DNA of 38,308 nucleotides from an uncultured bacterium. GTDB taxonomy: Bacteria; CSSED10-310; CAZUFC01. The notes under the pieces were generated by a model. The model did no database searches and had not been told where the DNA came from. It saw only the letters and a program-made list of their open reading frames with translations. This document shows positions 8,256 through 17,412 of this stretch, one piece after another; the stretch's first letter is position 1; each line of letters opens with the position of its first letter. A program made the position numbers and the translations under genes. The stretch spans positions 1-38,308 of the forward strand of contig CAZUFC010000003.1 in the NCBI GenBank assembly GCA_964619725.1, given 5' to 3'.

Positions 8256-10043
8256 TTATGGAGCTTTTTTTTTATGAAATTGGACATGGAAGGAAGTCAG
8301 TTGAAAGTATGCGGAGTTTATATTTTTGACATATTGTCCTTCGGCATCCAGATGATATTTTTTTTGTATTTTATCCGGGAAGACGACAGTGGGCTGTAAT
8401 TCTGCCGATAGGAGGAGGAATTCCGGCGTATTGCGGGCAAGCAGTTTTTCCAGGAGGGGCGGCAGATCGACGGATGAATTAATTTTCAAGAATTTAAAGC
8501 GGTAGAAGGTGCGTGCGAGGTTAAAAGGAATCCAATGGTCTGCCGAAATGATTGTATTTACATTTTGGGTTTCTATGAATTCGCAAAAGCGTCGATTAAT
8601 GAATTTTTTGTCGCGCAGAAGGAAGAATCCCCGAACCTGGAGAGACAATCCCAGCAGGCACAAGCAAAGCGCCGCAGCGACGAGTTTCCTGGTATGCATT
8701 TTTGAATAGAGCATTTGAAAACCTTTTAGAGAAGAACAGAGTAACAGCGGAACCGCGAAGAGGCTGTAACGGGCGCCGAAGCGCAATCCTCCGTGATTGG
8801 GCGATGCCAGAGGCGTAAGTATAAGGATGAAGGCGGTCGCCGACAGGTAGAATCTTATCCTCCTGTCAGGCTGATGCAAAAGCGAATAAAAGAAAAATAA
8901 GGCGCCTGGAAAGTAGATGAAAATGCCGCCTGATTTTAATACGCCTAATTGCGGCGCCGCATCCGTCAGGGTTCCGATTAAATGCAAACCGATGATCGTT
9001 ATTATCAATACGAGGGCTCTTTCAACATACTTCCTTTGTTTGTCGCCGCTTTTTCGTTTGATGCCAGCTATAAAAATTACTGCTCCAGTCAAATACAAAA
9101 ATTCAAGAAGGACGCTGGAAGATATCAGCGCTAGCGTCGTTCCCTCGTAATTTTTAACTTCATATGGACTCAAGGGCCTGTTCATTCCTATCAATGATGT
9201 TTTGATCCTCGATAATGCTCCAGAAAGGAAACCTGTATGCTTTTTAAGAAAAAAACCTGCATTAAAATTCTGGGTGAGATGAGGCAGCGGCTCTCCGAGA
9301 ATCTTTACATTCAAAAAAAGCAACGCTGCCAGTGGGATAACTGCCGCTGTGATTGAGGGTTTCCACAGGTTCTTCCTGTAATAGAAAAACCGGAGGAGAG
9401 CTGCGACAAATAAACCCACTGCGATTTCCGTGCGAATGAAAACTGCAGAACCGATTACTAACCAACCGATTGATTGAAGTTTTCTTTTGCGCTTCATGAT
9501 GAGCAGAATGCCCCAGGTGAACAAAAACATAGCTGATGTGTGTTCCCAGAGCGTCAGAGTATAAAACATTACTGGTGTGGAGAAAAGAAGACATATATTT
9601 GCTGCGAGAGGGGGAATTTTAATTTGAAATACTTTCATCAGGCGTTGATAAGCCGGCAGGGTCAACAATGTTCCGGCGAGAGGAATCAGAAAGGGACCGA
9701 AATTTCCGAAGGGCAAGAGCAGGAAAGATGCCGCAAAAGAAAATAACCAGGGAAAGGACATAAAGTAATTATTTTTAACTTTAATCATTGACGGAGGGCG
9801 GAAAGGAGAAAAATCGCCTTCAGGATCAATGTCCGATGCCGGGTAGTCCATGGAAAAGTCCATCCACTTTTTTTGAATGAGGTTATCCATGAAGAGCCGT
9901 TTTATGCCTGCGTCTCCGGAAAAATAGACGTCATGGGGCAGGGAAATCTGCATCAGGACAAGCAGGCATACGATTCCGGCATAGGATGAAACAGCAATTT
10001 TGTAAGGACTCAGGAAATTCCGATGGCTGTTCGTTTTCTTCAT
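8256..10043 (-). CDS. Polytopic membrane protein, probable GT-C-fold glycosyltransferase (PMT/ArnT-like)
   Basis: Start reassigned to ATG 10043 (ATGA overlap with the pmbA stop); the track's extra 58 N-terminal aa overlap pmbA. First TM followed by YFSGDAGIK loop, TPVMFYTLTLWEHT, FIRTE, GGLRFGARYSL; many TM segments. Confidence 0.7.
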   Translation of the reverse strand: MKKTNSHRNFLSPYKIAVSSYAGIVCLLVLMQISLPHDVYFSGDAGIKRLFMDNLIQKKWMDFSMDYPASDIDPEGDFSPFRPPSMIKVKNNYFMSFPWLFSFAASFLLLPFGNFGPFLIPLAGTLLTLPAYQRLMKVFQIKIPPLAANICLLFSTPVMFYTLTLWEHTSAMFLFTWGILLIMKRKRKLQSIGWLVIGSAVFIRTEIAVGLFVAALLRFFYYRKNLWKPSITAAVIPLAALLFLNVKILGEPLPHLTQNFNAGFFLKKHTGFLSGALSRIKTSLIGMNRPLSPYEVKNYEGTTLALISSSVLLEFLYLTGAVIFIAGIKRKSGDKQRKYVERALVLIITIIGLHLIGTLTDAAPQLGVLKSGGIFIYFPGALFFFYSLLHQPDRRIRFYLSATAFILILTPLASPNHGGLRFGARYSLFAVPLLLCSSLKGFQMLYSKMHTRKLVAAALCLCLLGLSLQVRGFFLLRDKKFINRRFCEFIETQNVNTIISADHWIPFNLARTFYRFKFLKINSSVDLPPLLEKLLARNTPEFLLLSAELQPTVVFPDKIQKKYHLDAEGQYVKNINSAYFQLTSFHVQFHKKKAP

Positions 10044-11392
10044 TTTGAGGCGCTGCCGCCTACGATGCAGGCATCGAGAAGAACGGGAGGCGCGCCGACG
10101 ATCCCGAACCAGCGGATAGTTCCTCCTAAATCTGATATGCCGTGCAGAAAGTCGTTGAAACTGGTTGAAAGGGTGACGGCATCGACGGGAAAGCTTAGTT
10201 TTCCGTTTTTTATCCATCTTCCTGCTGCACCCAGAGAACAGGCGCCTGTTGAAGGATTAATTCCGCCAGTATTGGTAATGGAGGTTACGTAAAAACCGTT
10301 GGATACTTTTTTGATCATGGACTTTATTGAAGATTCGCCCGGCGAAAGCATGAGGTTGGTGATTCCGGGTCCTGGGATGCCGCGATAGGAGTTTCTGATG
10401 CAGTTTCCTGTGGACTTGACGTTTTGCTTGATCCCTGAATTACGATCATAGAGGAAGTTCTTAAGAACGCCTTTTCGAATTAATACAGTTTTTTGAGGTT
10501 TTACGCCTTCTCCGTCGAAATACCGGCTGCCGGTTTTTCCCGGGAAAAGTCCGTCGTCGACAAGATTGATTCTGGGTGAGCCCACCGCTTTGCCGAGTTT
10601 TCCGATGAACATGGAGCGGCCCATACGCCCGTTTTCTCCGATGAATGCGCCGGAAAACCCCGCTATGATTGAGGCCGTGCACTCGGAAGTGAATATGACG
10701 GGAACCATGCACGAACTTACTGCCCGTCCGCCAAGGTAGTTCAAACATTTTTCCGCCGTATCGCTGCCCAGATTCTGAGAAGCCAGTTCCCCGAACCGTC
10801 TGCATGAAAAGTGAGATGCTTCTTTTGTGCCGTGCCCCTCACGATGGGCCGTGCACATGAAGGTTCCGGCAAAGGATGAACTCTTTTGAGTATCGTAAAG
10901 ACCGTTTGAATTCATTATTTCTGTTTCCCGTATCGCTTCTGAATATTGAGAATAATCCACGCTGTTTACAGCGGGGTCATAAATCCTTGCCTCTTCTTCC
11001 CAACGTTTCGCCAGTTCCGTCTTATCGGCAAAATCCTTTTCTTCCGCTGATGCGTCGTATATCTGTAAATCGCTTTTTCTCACCGTTTCTGTCTGTTCTG
11101 CGAAATTCAATCCCTTTTCCGCATCCGAATGACGAGCCGATTCCAGAGCATCATTCACCAGCGTTTTCACCGATTCGTCATCACGCCCCGAAATAAAGGA
11201 AATGCCGACACGATCATTGACGATGACTCGTAATGCCGTCCCCTTCTCAATCGCTGAAACGGAGCTTTCCACTATCCCTCGACTGACCTTTATCTTCAAT
11301 ATCTCCGTCGTCTCGCACCAGACTTCCGCATGTCGCGCTCCCGCATGCTTTGCCTTTTCGACTATTATATCTATCGGCGCCAGATGCTTCAT
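10040..11392 (-). CDS. pmbA: PmbA/TldE family protein (non-catalytic subunit type)
   Basis: AKHAGARHAEVW, GTALRVIVNDRVG, INLVDDG, SRYFDGEGV, GVLKNFLYD, STGN, GINPSTG, GRWIKNGKL; no HExxxH as in TldD. Confidence 0.85.
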   Translation of the reverse strand: MKHLAPIDIIVEKAKHAGARHAEVWCETTEILKIKVSRGIVESSVSAIEKGTALRVIVNDRVGISFISGRDDESVKTLVNDALESARHSDAEKGLNFAEQTETVRKSDLQIYDASAEEKDFADKTELAKRWEEEARIYDPAVNSVDYSQYSEAIRETEIMNSNGLYDTQKSSSFAGTFMCTAHREGHGTKEASHFSCRRFGELASQNLGSDTAEKCLNYLGGRAVSSCMVPVIFTSECTASIIAGFSGAFIGENGRMGRSMFIGKLGKAVGSPRINLVDDGLFPGKTGSRYFDGEGVKPQKTVLIRKGVLKNFLYDRNSGIKQNVKSTGNCIRNSYRGIPGPGITNLMLSPGESSIKSMIKKVSNGFYVTSITNTGGINPSTGACSLGAAGRWIKNGKLSFPVDAVTLSTSFNDFLHGISDLGGTIRWFGIVGAPPVLLDACIVGGSASK

Positions 11393-11670
11393 AATATCTC
11401 TCCCTGCTGAATTTCATCCTTCAATTCCTCCTATGATTCTGCACAAATCGACTCAAGATGACAAGATGCCGCGCCGTTCCGGGTGTATTTCGTTTTGAGG
11501 GCAATGACGGGCGGGATTAACCGTTTCAGGCCTGCACCGCCCGATTGTGATCCGCTGCGAATAATATTTCAGAATAATCTAAGCCGCATATCGTATCCAT
11601 ATCAGAAAATATTCAATCGCCGTCCGGTTCATCCGCGGCCGACTTTTCTCCTGTTTTCGAATGATTCTGT

Positions 11671-12390
11671 TTATCCCCCGCAGCACCTTTTGAATTTCTT
11701 TCCGCTGCCGCAAGGACAGGGATCATTACGGCCCGTCTTGACCTTCATTATTACGGCTCCCTCGCTTTTACCCGTCGCTTTCATCTTGTTGAATGCACGA
11801 CATTCCTGCAGCGCCTGATCCAACCAGACCTGTTTCCATAATGCAGCATCCCTGTTTTCATCCTTTAGAACGTTCAACATCTGCAACGCTGTCGAACTGG
11901 GATGATGAGCCAGTATCATGACCGTATCCTTCCATTTTTTAGCGGATGTCTTGCCTTCAATTAGAACTCGCGACATCCGTCCGATTTCTTCTTCGGAAAA
12001 ATCCGCATAGTCCGGAGGCAAACGTTTATGCCATTTTACATAATCATGGACGGCCTTTCCCTCCGGACCCGACGGATCATCAGTAATACTCACGAATCCT
12101 GTCTTGCCTTCATCAGACAGTAAATTTTGCGCCAGTTTAATTCTTTCATTCTCAGCAATAAAAAATTTGACGTGCGCCCCGTCATCCAGCTCGTCATATA
12201 TTTCCGGACTCCTGCCGTCAACAAGTATGCTCAATATCCCCGGAGGGAATATATCCATGATTTCCGGCCTCGATCCGATTACATAATTCAATGCGTCTAC
12301 TATCGTCATCCTGCGAGGCATTTCCAGCTCATCCTTCTCGCTGCCCATTATTTCCGACACCATGTCATCATAGCTTATCCTGATCTTCAT
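11671..12390 (-). CDS. MoaD/ThiS (ubiquitin-like) domain + helical domain + SEC-C zinc-binding motif protein
   Basis: SD GGAGG. N-terminal ~78 aa MKIRISY...[14 protein letters not shown]...SILVDGR...[10 protein letters not shown] is beta-grasp-like; C-terminus [22 protein letters not shown] is a canonical SEC-C motif. Confidence 0.75.
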   Translation of the reverse strand: MKIRISYDDMVSEIMGSEKDELEMPRRMTIVDALNYVIGSRPEIMDIFPPGILSILVDGRSPEIYDELDDGAHVKFFIAENERIKLAQNLLSDEGKTGFVSITDDPSGPEGKAVHDYVKWHKRLPPDYADFSEEEIGRMSRVLIEGKTSAKKWKDTVMILAHHPSSTALQMLNVLKDENRDAALWKQVWLDQALQECRAFNKMKATGKSEGAVIMKVKTGRNDPCPCGSGKKFKRCCGG

Positions 12391-12656
12391 TTTGTTCCTC
12401 CAATTGTTCTTTTTTCATCACGGACTGCAACAGCGCCGTTCACTTAAAAAAGCCCCAATGGCCGTCAGTTCTGTCGTTAATCGCCGTTACGTCCTGAATG
12501 GTTTCAGTATGCGATTTTTAAGCCTGTCGCGAATCCCTGAATCGGACGTCCTGATCTTCGGATTCAACTCAAAATTTAAGCATGTTTCGTGCCGGCTGGT
12601 TGGGATTTGAATGAAAAATTGCAAAAAAAAGTTCCTACCGCTTTTTTCGTGAAATT

Positions 12657-12684
12657 AAAAAAGCGGCTGCCCGAAGACAGCCGC
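12657..12684 (-). terminator. Intrinsic terminator of the tRNA operon
   Basis: Minus strand GCGGCTGTC-TTCG-GGCAGCCGC-TTTTTT, 15 nt after tRNA-Glu. Confidence 0.85.
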
Positions 12685-12699
12685 CCTGATCTATCAAAA

Positions 12700-12774
12700 C
12701 GTCCCCAACCGGATTTGAACCGGTGTTGCCGGCGTGAAAGGCCGGTGTCCTAGACCTGACTAGACGATGGGGAC
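12700..12774 (-). tRNA. tRNA-Glu (TTC), CCA not encoded
   Basis: Minus strand GTCCCCATCGTCTAGTCAGGTCTAGGACACCGGCCTTTCACGCCGGCAACACCGGTTCAAATCCGGTTGGGGACG; anticodon arm CCGGC-CTTTCAC-GCCGG. Confidence 0.97.
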
Positions 12775-12781
12775 TTTATTT

Positions 12782-12854
12782 TGAGCCGTGCAGGGATCGA
12801 ACCTGCGACCCACAGATTAAAAGTCTGTTGCTCTTCCTGCTGAGCTAACGGCCC
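12782..12854 (-). tRNA. tRNA-Lys (TTT), CCA not encoded
   Basis: Minus strand GGGCCGTTAGCTCAGCAGGAAGAGCAACAGACTTTTAATCTGTGGGTCGCAGGTTCGATCCCTGCACGGCTCA; anticodon arm ACAGA-CTTTTAA-TCTGT. Confidence 0.97.
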
Positions 12855-12889
12855 TTATACGGAGGATTTCCGTAGGTTCCGCATTGAGT

Positions 12890-12918
12890 ATATAAAAAAC
12901 TTGCCCGTTACTTGTCAA
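12890..12918 (-). promoter_or_regulatory. Putative sigma70 promoter for the tRNA-Lys/tRNA-Glu operon
   Basis: Minus strand TTGACA (12918-12913), 17 nt, TTATAT(ACT), with AT-rich upstream sequence. Confidence 0.55.
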
Positions 12919-13168
12919 CAAAAATATGAAATTTCTTGAATTTTTTTCGTGTAAAATGAAAGAAAATATCATTGAAAAGATTGATAATGAAACGTTTAAA
13001 CAGATTGAAATTTTTTTATGACGACAAACCGGCAATAAGGGAGACGGTGAATTTTTTTGCGTTGATTAAAATGGAAAGATTTTACGAACAGTGACGGCCG
13101 CGGAACAGCTTGTTCGGTTAAGGGGCAAAGGTTGATTCTTTTTCAGAGGCTTATCGATAGTTCAAGAC

Positions 13169-13831
13169 TTAATTTTGAATGATTTTCCAGTTGTTTTTTT
13201 CGGCCTTTTTTTTCAGTTTTTTATTCGGGCGGACGGCAACGGGATTACCGACGATTTCCATGAGGTGTGCGTCAGAGTCATGGTCTGCGTAAGCATAGGA
13301 ATTTTTTAATTCGATACCTTGCGACTGAGCGAATTTCAGAACGGCTCTTTTCTTGTGGATGCCGACGCAGATCGGACCATTGGAGCGCCCGGTTCCCAAC
13401 CCATTTTCGTCAGATTCCAGTTCCGTACAGATAAGATGATCGAAATTCAGATCCTCTCTGACATGTTTGAGCAAGTAACAGGGCGACCCGGAGACCAGTA
13501 CGAGAAGGTGACCAGATTTTCGATGATGATCGGCGATCGCCATGATTTTCTGCGACAATTCAGGCCTGATATATTTATTATAGTAATCCGGAGCTTGTTC
13601 CTCATATTCTTTCAAATTTTTTCCTTTATAAAAATTAAGTGCAATGGAAGCGGTTATTTCTGCAGAGAAGAGATTTAATTTATACAGGAGTCCCGATAGC
13701 AACATTTTAAGAATAAAAATGATGGAAGTTTCATTATTTTTCCAGGCCCATCGCAGACCTATTTCAGCGCTTTCGCAGACGAGAAGGGTATTATCGAAAT
13801 CAAAAAAGGCCGCCAGTTTGGGCTTGTTCAT
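13169..13831 (-). CDS. HAD-IB family hydrolase (SerB-like phosphatase)
   Basis: Motif I FFDFDNTL, motif II LVSGS, conserved K in GIHKK, motif IV YADHDSD...VGNPVAVRP. Confidence 0.9.
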   Translation of the reverse strand: MNKPKLAAFFDFDNTLLVCESAEIGLRWAWKNNETSIIFILKMLLSGLLYKLNLFSAEITASIALNFYKGKNLKEYEEQAPDYYNKYIRPELSQKIMAIADHHRKSGHLLVLVSGSPCYLLKHVREDLNFDHLICTELESDENGLGTGRSNGPICVGIHKKRAVLKFAQSQGIELKNSYAYADHDSDAHLMEIVGNPVAVRPNKKLKKKAEKNNWKIIQN

Positions 13832-14234
13832 TTTCCGCTCCTCAAAGGTGTTTTCATGATACTGTCAGTGCGGTAAAAACCGGACTTTCGGTAGAATTTT
13901 ACCATGCAATTGAGCGAAAAAAAATGCTCATGACGGGCAATCTGCGGTTTGGGATGCAGGAGAGTGCATCCTGACCGGAGGAGGGATTCGGAATCAGGCA
14001 TGATTTTGTAAGCGAGCGAAATATGGAGGAGAGGGGCGTCAGCGGGCAAGGCGTTTTACTTGAACCTTGTTGAGCGATATGATAAGTCATGAGGCTGAGA
14101 CAGGTTGGGTGAGGATAAGCAGGACATCCTGGAGATGCTATCCTGCTGATGCCGGCGATAAGAGATCAGAACGGAAAAAAACGGGGATGACCCGCAAAAT
14201 CACTCGTTTGTAATAGTCGAGAAGGAGGTAAAAA

Positions 14235-15866
14235 ATGAAGAACGGCATAGCCAGCATTCCGCTTCCAGTGAATGAACCGATTCGGAGTTACGGACCGGGG
14301 AGTCCGGAGAAGGAAACATTGAAGGCGAAGATAGCCGAATTGAAGAAAATGGACTTGCGCGTGCCTTTAATAATAGGTGGTAAGGAAATTTACACGGACG
14401 ACGAGGTAGACATGATAATGCCTCACAATCATGAACAGGTCCTGGGCAGATATTGCAGAGCGAGCGAAGCGGAGGTACGCCTGGCAGTGGAAGAGGCTCA
14501 GAAGGCGAAGCGTGAATGGGAGAGCATGCCCTGGGAGAGCCGTGCATCGATAATATTAAAGGCGGCGACGTTATTGGCTGGTCCTCACAGGGATGCGTTA
14601 AACGGTTCGACAATGTTGGGTCAAAGCAAGACGGTATACCAGGCGGAGATCGATTCGGCGTGCGAATTGATCGATTTCATGCGTTTCAATTGCTATTATA
14701 TGCAGCAGATTTATGAAGAGCAGCCCTGGTCGGGGCCGGGGATATGGAACTATGTGGAAAACCGTGCGCTGGACGGGTTTATTTTCGCGGTAACGCCGTT
14801 TAATTTTTCTTCAATAGCCGGAAACCTTCCTTCAGCGCCGGCGCTGATGGGCAATACGGTCATCTGGAAGCCTGCTTCGACGGCTGTGTTTTCAGCCTAT
14901 TTCATGATGAAAATTTTTGAAGAGGCTGGAATGCCTCCGGGAGTGATAAACATGGTTCCAGGTCGCGGCAGTAAAGTTGGCCCTATGATATTAGAGAACG
15001 AAAACCTGGCCGGCATTCATTTTACGGGAAGCACGGACACTTTCCAGAACATGTGGAAGACGGTAGGCGACAATATAATGAATTACAAGTGTTATCCGAG
15101 AATAGTGGGCGAAACCGGGGGCAAGGATTTTATTTTCGTGCATTCATCCGCAGATATTCCGGCATTGACGGCAGCGACAGTTCGTGGCGCTTTCGAGTAT
15201 CAGGGGCAGAAGTGTTCGGCCGCTTCACGAATGTATGTGCCTGAGAGTATATGGGGCGAGGTCAGGAAGCAATTGATCGATGCCGTCGAAGGCATCAGGA
15301 TGGGCGATGTGGAAGATTTCCGCAATTTCATGGCCGCAGTCATTGACCGCTCGTCATTTCAAAAAATCAAGGGATATATCGAAGACGCCGGGAATTCGGG
15401 CGATGCAGAGATATTAACTGGAGGAAAATGCGATGATTCCAAAGGATTCTTCATTGAACCGACGGTGATCCTGGCGCATGTCCCTGATTACCTGACGATG
15501 AGGGAAGAAATATTCGGTCCTGTGCTGACCATTTACGTCTATCCCGACGAGAAATACGAAGAAACTCTTCTCCTCTGCGACAAAACGTCCCCTTATGCCC
15601 TTACCGGAGCCGTCTTCGCTCAAAACAGAAAAGCGGTTCTCACCGCTATGGATGCATTAAGAGGCGCAGCCGGGAATTTTTATATCAACGACAAGCCCAC
15701 CGGAGCCGTCGTTGGACAGCAACCGTTCGGCGGCAGCCGGGCTTCAGGCACCAACGACAAAGCAGGAAGCCATCTCAACCTGCTCAGGTGGTGCTCGGTC
15801 AGAACGATTAAAGAAAACTTCAATCCACCCAAAGACTACAAATATCCGCACATGCTGGAGGAGTAA
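14235..15866 (+). CDS. pruA: L-glutamate gamma-semialdehyde (1-pyrroline-5-carboxylate) dehydrogenase
   Basis: SD AAGGAGG; NEPIRSYGPGSPE, QAEIDSACELIDF, TPFNF, FTGST, GETGGK, FEYQGQKCSA, EEIFGP, NDKPTGAVVGQQPFGGSRASGTNDKAG. Confidence 0.95.
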   Translation: MKNGIASIPLPVNEPIRSYGPGSPEKETLKAKIAELKKMDLRVPLIIGGKEIYTDDEVDMIMPHNHEQVLGRYCRASEAEVRLAVEEAQKAKREWESMPWESRASIILKAATLLAGPHRDALNGSTMLGQSKTVYQAEIDSACELIDFMRFNCYYMQQIYEEQPWSGPGIWNYVENRALDGFIFAVTPFNFSSIAGNLPSAPALMGNTVIWKPASTAVFSAYFMMKIFEEAGMPPGVINMVPGRGSKVGPMILENENLAGIHFTGSTDTFQNMWKTVGDNIMNYKCYPRIVGETGGKDFIFVHSSADIPALTAATVRGAFEYQGQKCSAASRMYVPESIWGEVRKQLIDAVEGIRMGDVEDFRNFMAAVIDRSSFQKIKGYIEDAGNSGDAEILTGGKCDDSKGFFIEPTVILAHVPDYLTMREEIFGPVLTIYVYPDEKYEETLLLCDKTSPYALTGAVFAQNRKAVLTAMDALRGAAGNFYINDKPTGAVVGQQPFGGSRASGTNDKAGSHLNLLRWCSVRTIKENFNPPKDYKYPHMLEE

Positions 15867-15903
15867 AGCAGGGCACTGTACGTACATGTTAAACTTTCTT
15901 TCG

Positions 15904-15941
15904 AAAAAAACGCGGTCATATTAATGGCCGTGTTTTTTTTT
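15904..15941 (+). terminator. Intrinsic terminator after pruA
   Basis: A7-CGCGGTCAT-ATTA-ATGGCCGTG-T9 (G:U pairs form on the + transcript). Confidence 0.8.
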
Positions 15942-16012
15942 GAAAGGAAGTTTTCATCTGATTCAGAATTTGGTAAAAGATCGAATAAGTGAAGAGACGC
16001 AAAGGAGAGTGA

Positions 16013-17410
16013 TTGATGATCAACCGGATATTATTATTGTCATTTTCGTGCGTGTTATTTTTTTTATGGCCGGTTATTGAGTGCGACGGCGCATCAAGGG
16101 AGAAGTATTGCCTGGAAGTCACTGATGTCATTGAATTGACGGCAGGGAAGACAACGAAGCCGGCAAGGGGAGACTGGAATTCTGATTTTACTTTTTTCGG
16201 GTATGCGTCAACGACGGACGACTGGTATTTATCGACGGACGAGCATGATTCGGTGATGTATGTGGGATTCAGCGACAGAACCGACTATGATGCTTACGCC
16301 TATCAGTCAAGCGATTACGGAGAGAACTGGAATGCGGTGAAGCTGGATTTTCCGATGCCGGTTTTCAAGACGGTCATGAGGGTCGATACGGAGGGTTATA
16401 TCTGGGTGACGGGGCAATATTCTGTGAATCGTTATCCGTTCATCGTCCGTTCTGCTTTTCCCGAAGACATCAATTCGTGGACCGACTTGTTATGTTTTAC
16501 GGAATACAGCATGAACGCAACGGATCACATGTGTCTGGCCCCGCATTCATCAACAACGGTGAGTTTCGGTTTTTCAATCGATTCGAAAGTCAGGCTGCTC
16601 TTTACGACATCGTATCCGGAAGAATGGCACGGGAAGGACAATTACAGTCCGTACAATCGAGCTCAGAGTAATCCTGGTCTGGCTCGAGGCGACAAGCATT
16701 ACATATACACAGCGGTAGAAGAGCAGGTATCTCCCACCCGAACGGACATCAGGCTCACCGTTTTTTATCATTTGCCCATAAAGCTGACTTTTCAATATTC
16801 CTGGCTGTCCGATAATGCGAACAACGAATTTCATCCTGTGATTGGTTCTGACCACAATGAACGTTTCTATGCGGTTTGGGAATTCGAGACTTCTTCAGGG
16901 GATTATGACGTCATGGGAGCTTATTCGTCCAACAGGGGATCGAGCGTTTACCCGATGGAAATTGCATCTTCTTCTGCGGATGAGAAATATCCGCGAGTCT
17001 TCTTGTCCGGGAAGGATAGTTTCTTTTCCTATTACAGCGATCAGTCCGCTGCAAGGTTGTGGTTTGAAAGGCGGATGGGCGTGGAATGCATACGCACCGA
17101 CAATGTTCCCGGCACGGAAAATTTTCCCGATCACAGTTGGATAAGGGCTCAGGACGTTATAGGCCTCATTGAGGAAGAAATCGGCGTCGAACAAGAGTAC
17201 GATAAAATGTTTATGGCCGCAGATTCGTCCGGACAAGGCGATGTGTTCGTTAACCAAAGACAGATAAGCATCGCTTCGACTGCCACGCCTTTACATACCC
17301 CGTCGGCAACGGCCACGCCTTTCTCGCCGGCCGTACCTTCTATGCATTTTCCCGCTCTTCTAATTCTTGTGATTTCTCTTATGTTATTATTCATACGCAA
17401 GGAGACCTAA
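16013..17410 (+). CDS. Secreted Asp-box/BNR-like protein with Thr/Pro linker and C-terminal IPTL-CTERM-like anchor
   Basis: SD AAGGAG; signal peptide; SSDYGENW and SSNRGSS Asp-box-like motifs; ends TATPLHTPSATATPFSPAVPSMHFPALLILVISLMLLFIRKET. Confidence 0.75.
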   Translation: MMINRILLLSFSCVLFFLWPVIECDGASREKYCLEVTDVIELTAGKTTKPARGDWNSDFTFFGYASTTDDWYLSTDEHDSVMYVGFSDRTDYDAYAYQSSDYGENWNAVKLDFPMPVFKTVMRVDTEGYIWVTGQYSVNRYPFIVRSAFPEDINSWTDLLCFTEYSMNATDHMCLAPHSSTTVSFGFSIDSKVRLLFTTSYPEEWHGKDNYSPYNRAQSNPGLARGDKHYIYTAVEEQVSPTRTDIRLTVFYHLPIKLTFQYSWLSDNANNEFHPVIGSDHNERFYAVWEFETSSGDYDVMGAYSSNRGSSVYPMEIASSSADEKYPRVFLSGKDSFFSYYSDQSAARLWFERRMGVECIRTDNVPGTENFPDHSWIRAQDVIGLIEEEIGVEQEYDKMFMAADSSGQGDVFVNQRQISIASTATPLHTPSATATPFSPAVPSMHFPALLILVISLMLLFIRKET

Positions 17411-17412
17411 TA

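Noticed and set aside
12700-12854. tRNA genes as an integration site for an island
   Set aside because: No integrase and no duplicated tRNA 3' end seen; the native terminator directly follows tRNA-Glu.
13860-14230. Hairpins in the HAD/pruA divergent region (GGATGCA...TGCATCC; AGCAGGA...TCCTGCT) as an ncRNA
   Set aside because: No match by eye to SRP, 6S, tmRNA, RNase P or a known riboswitch; isolated short stems are insufficient evidence.
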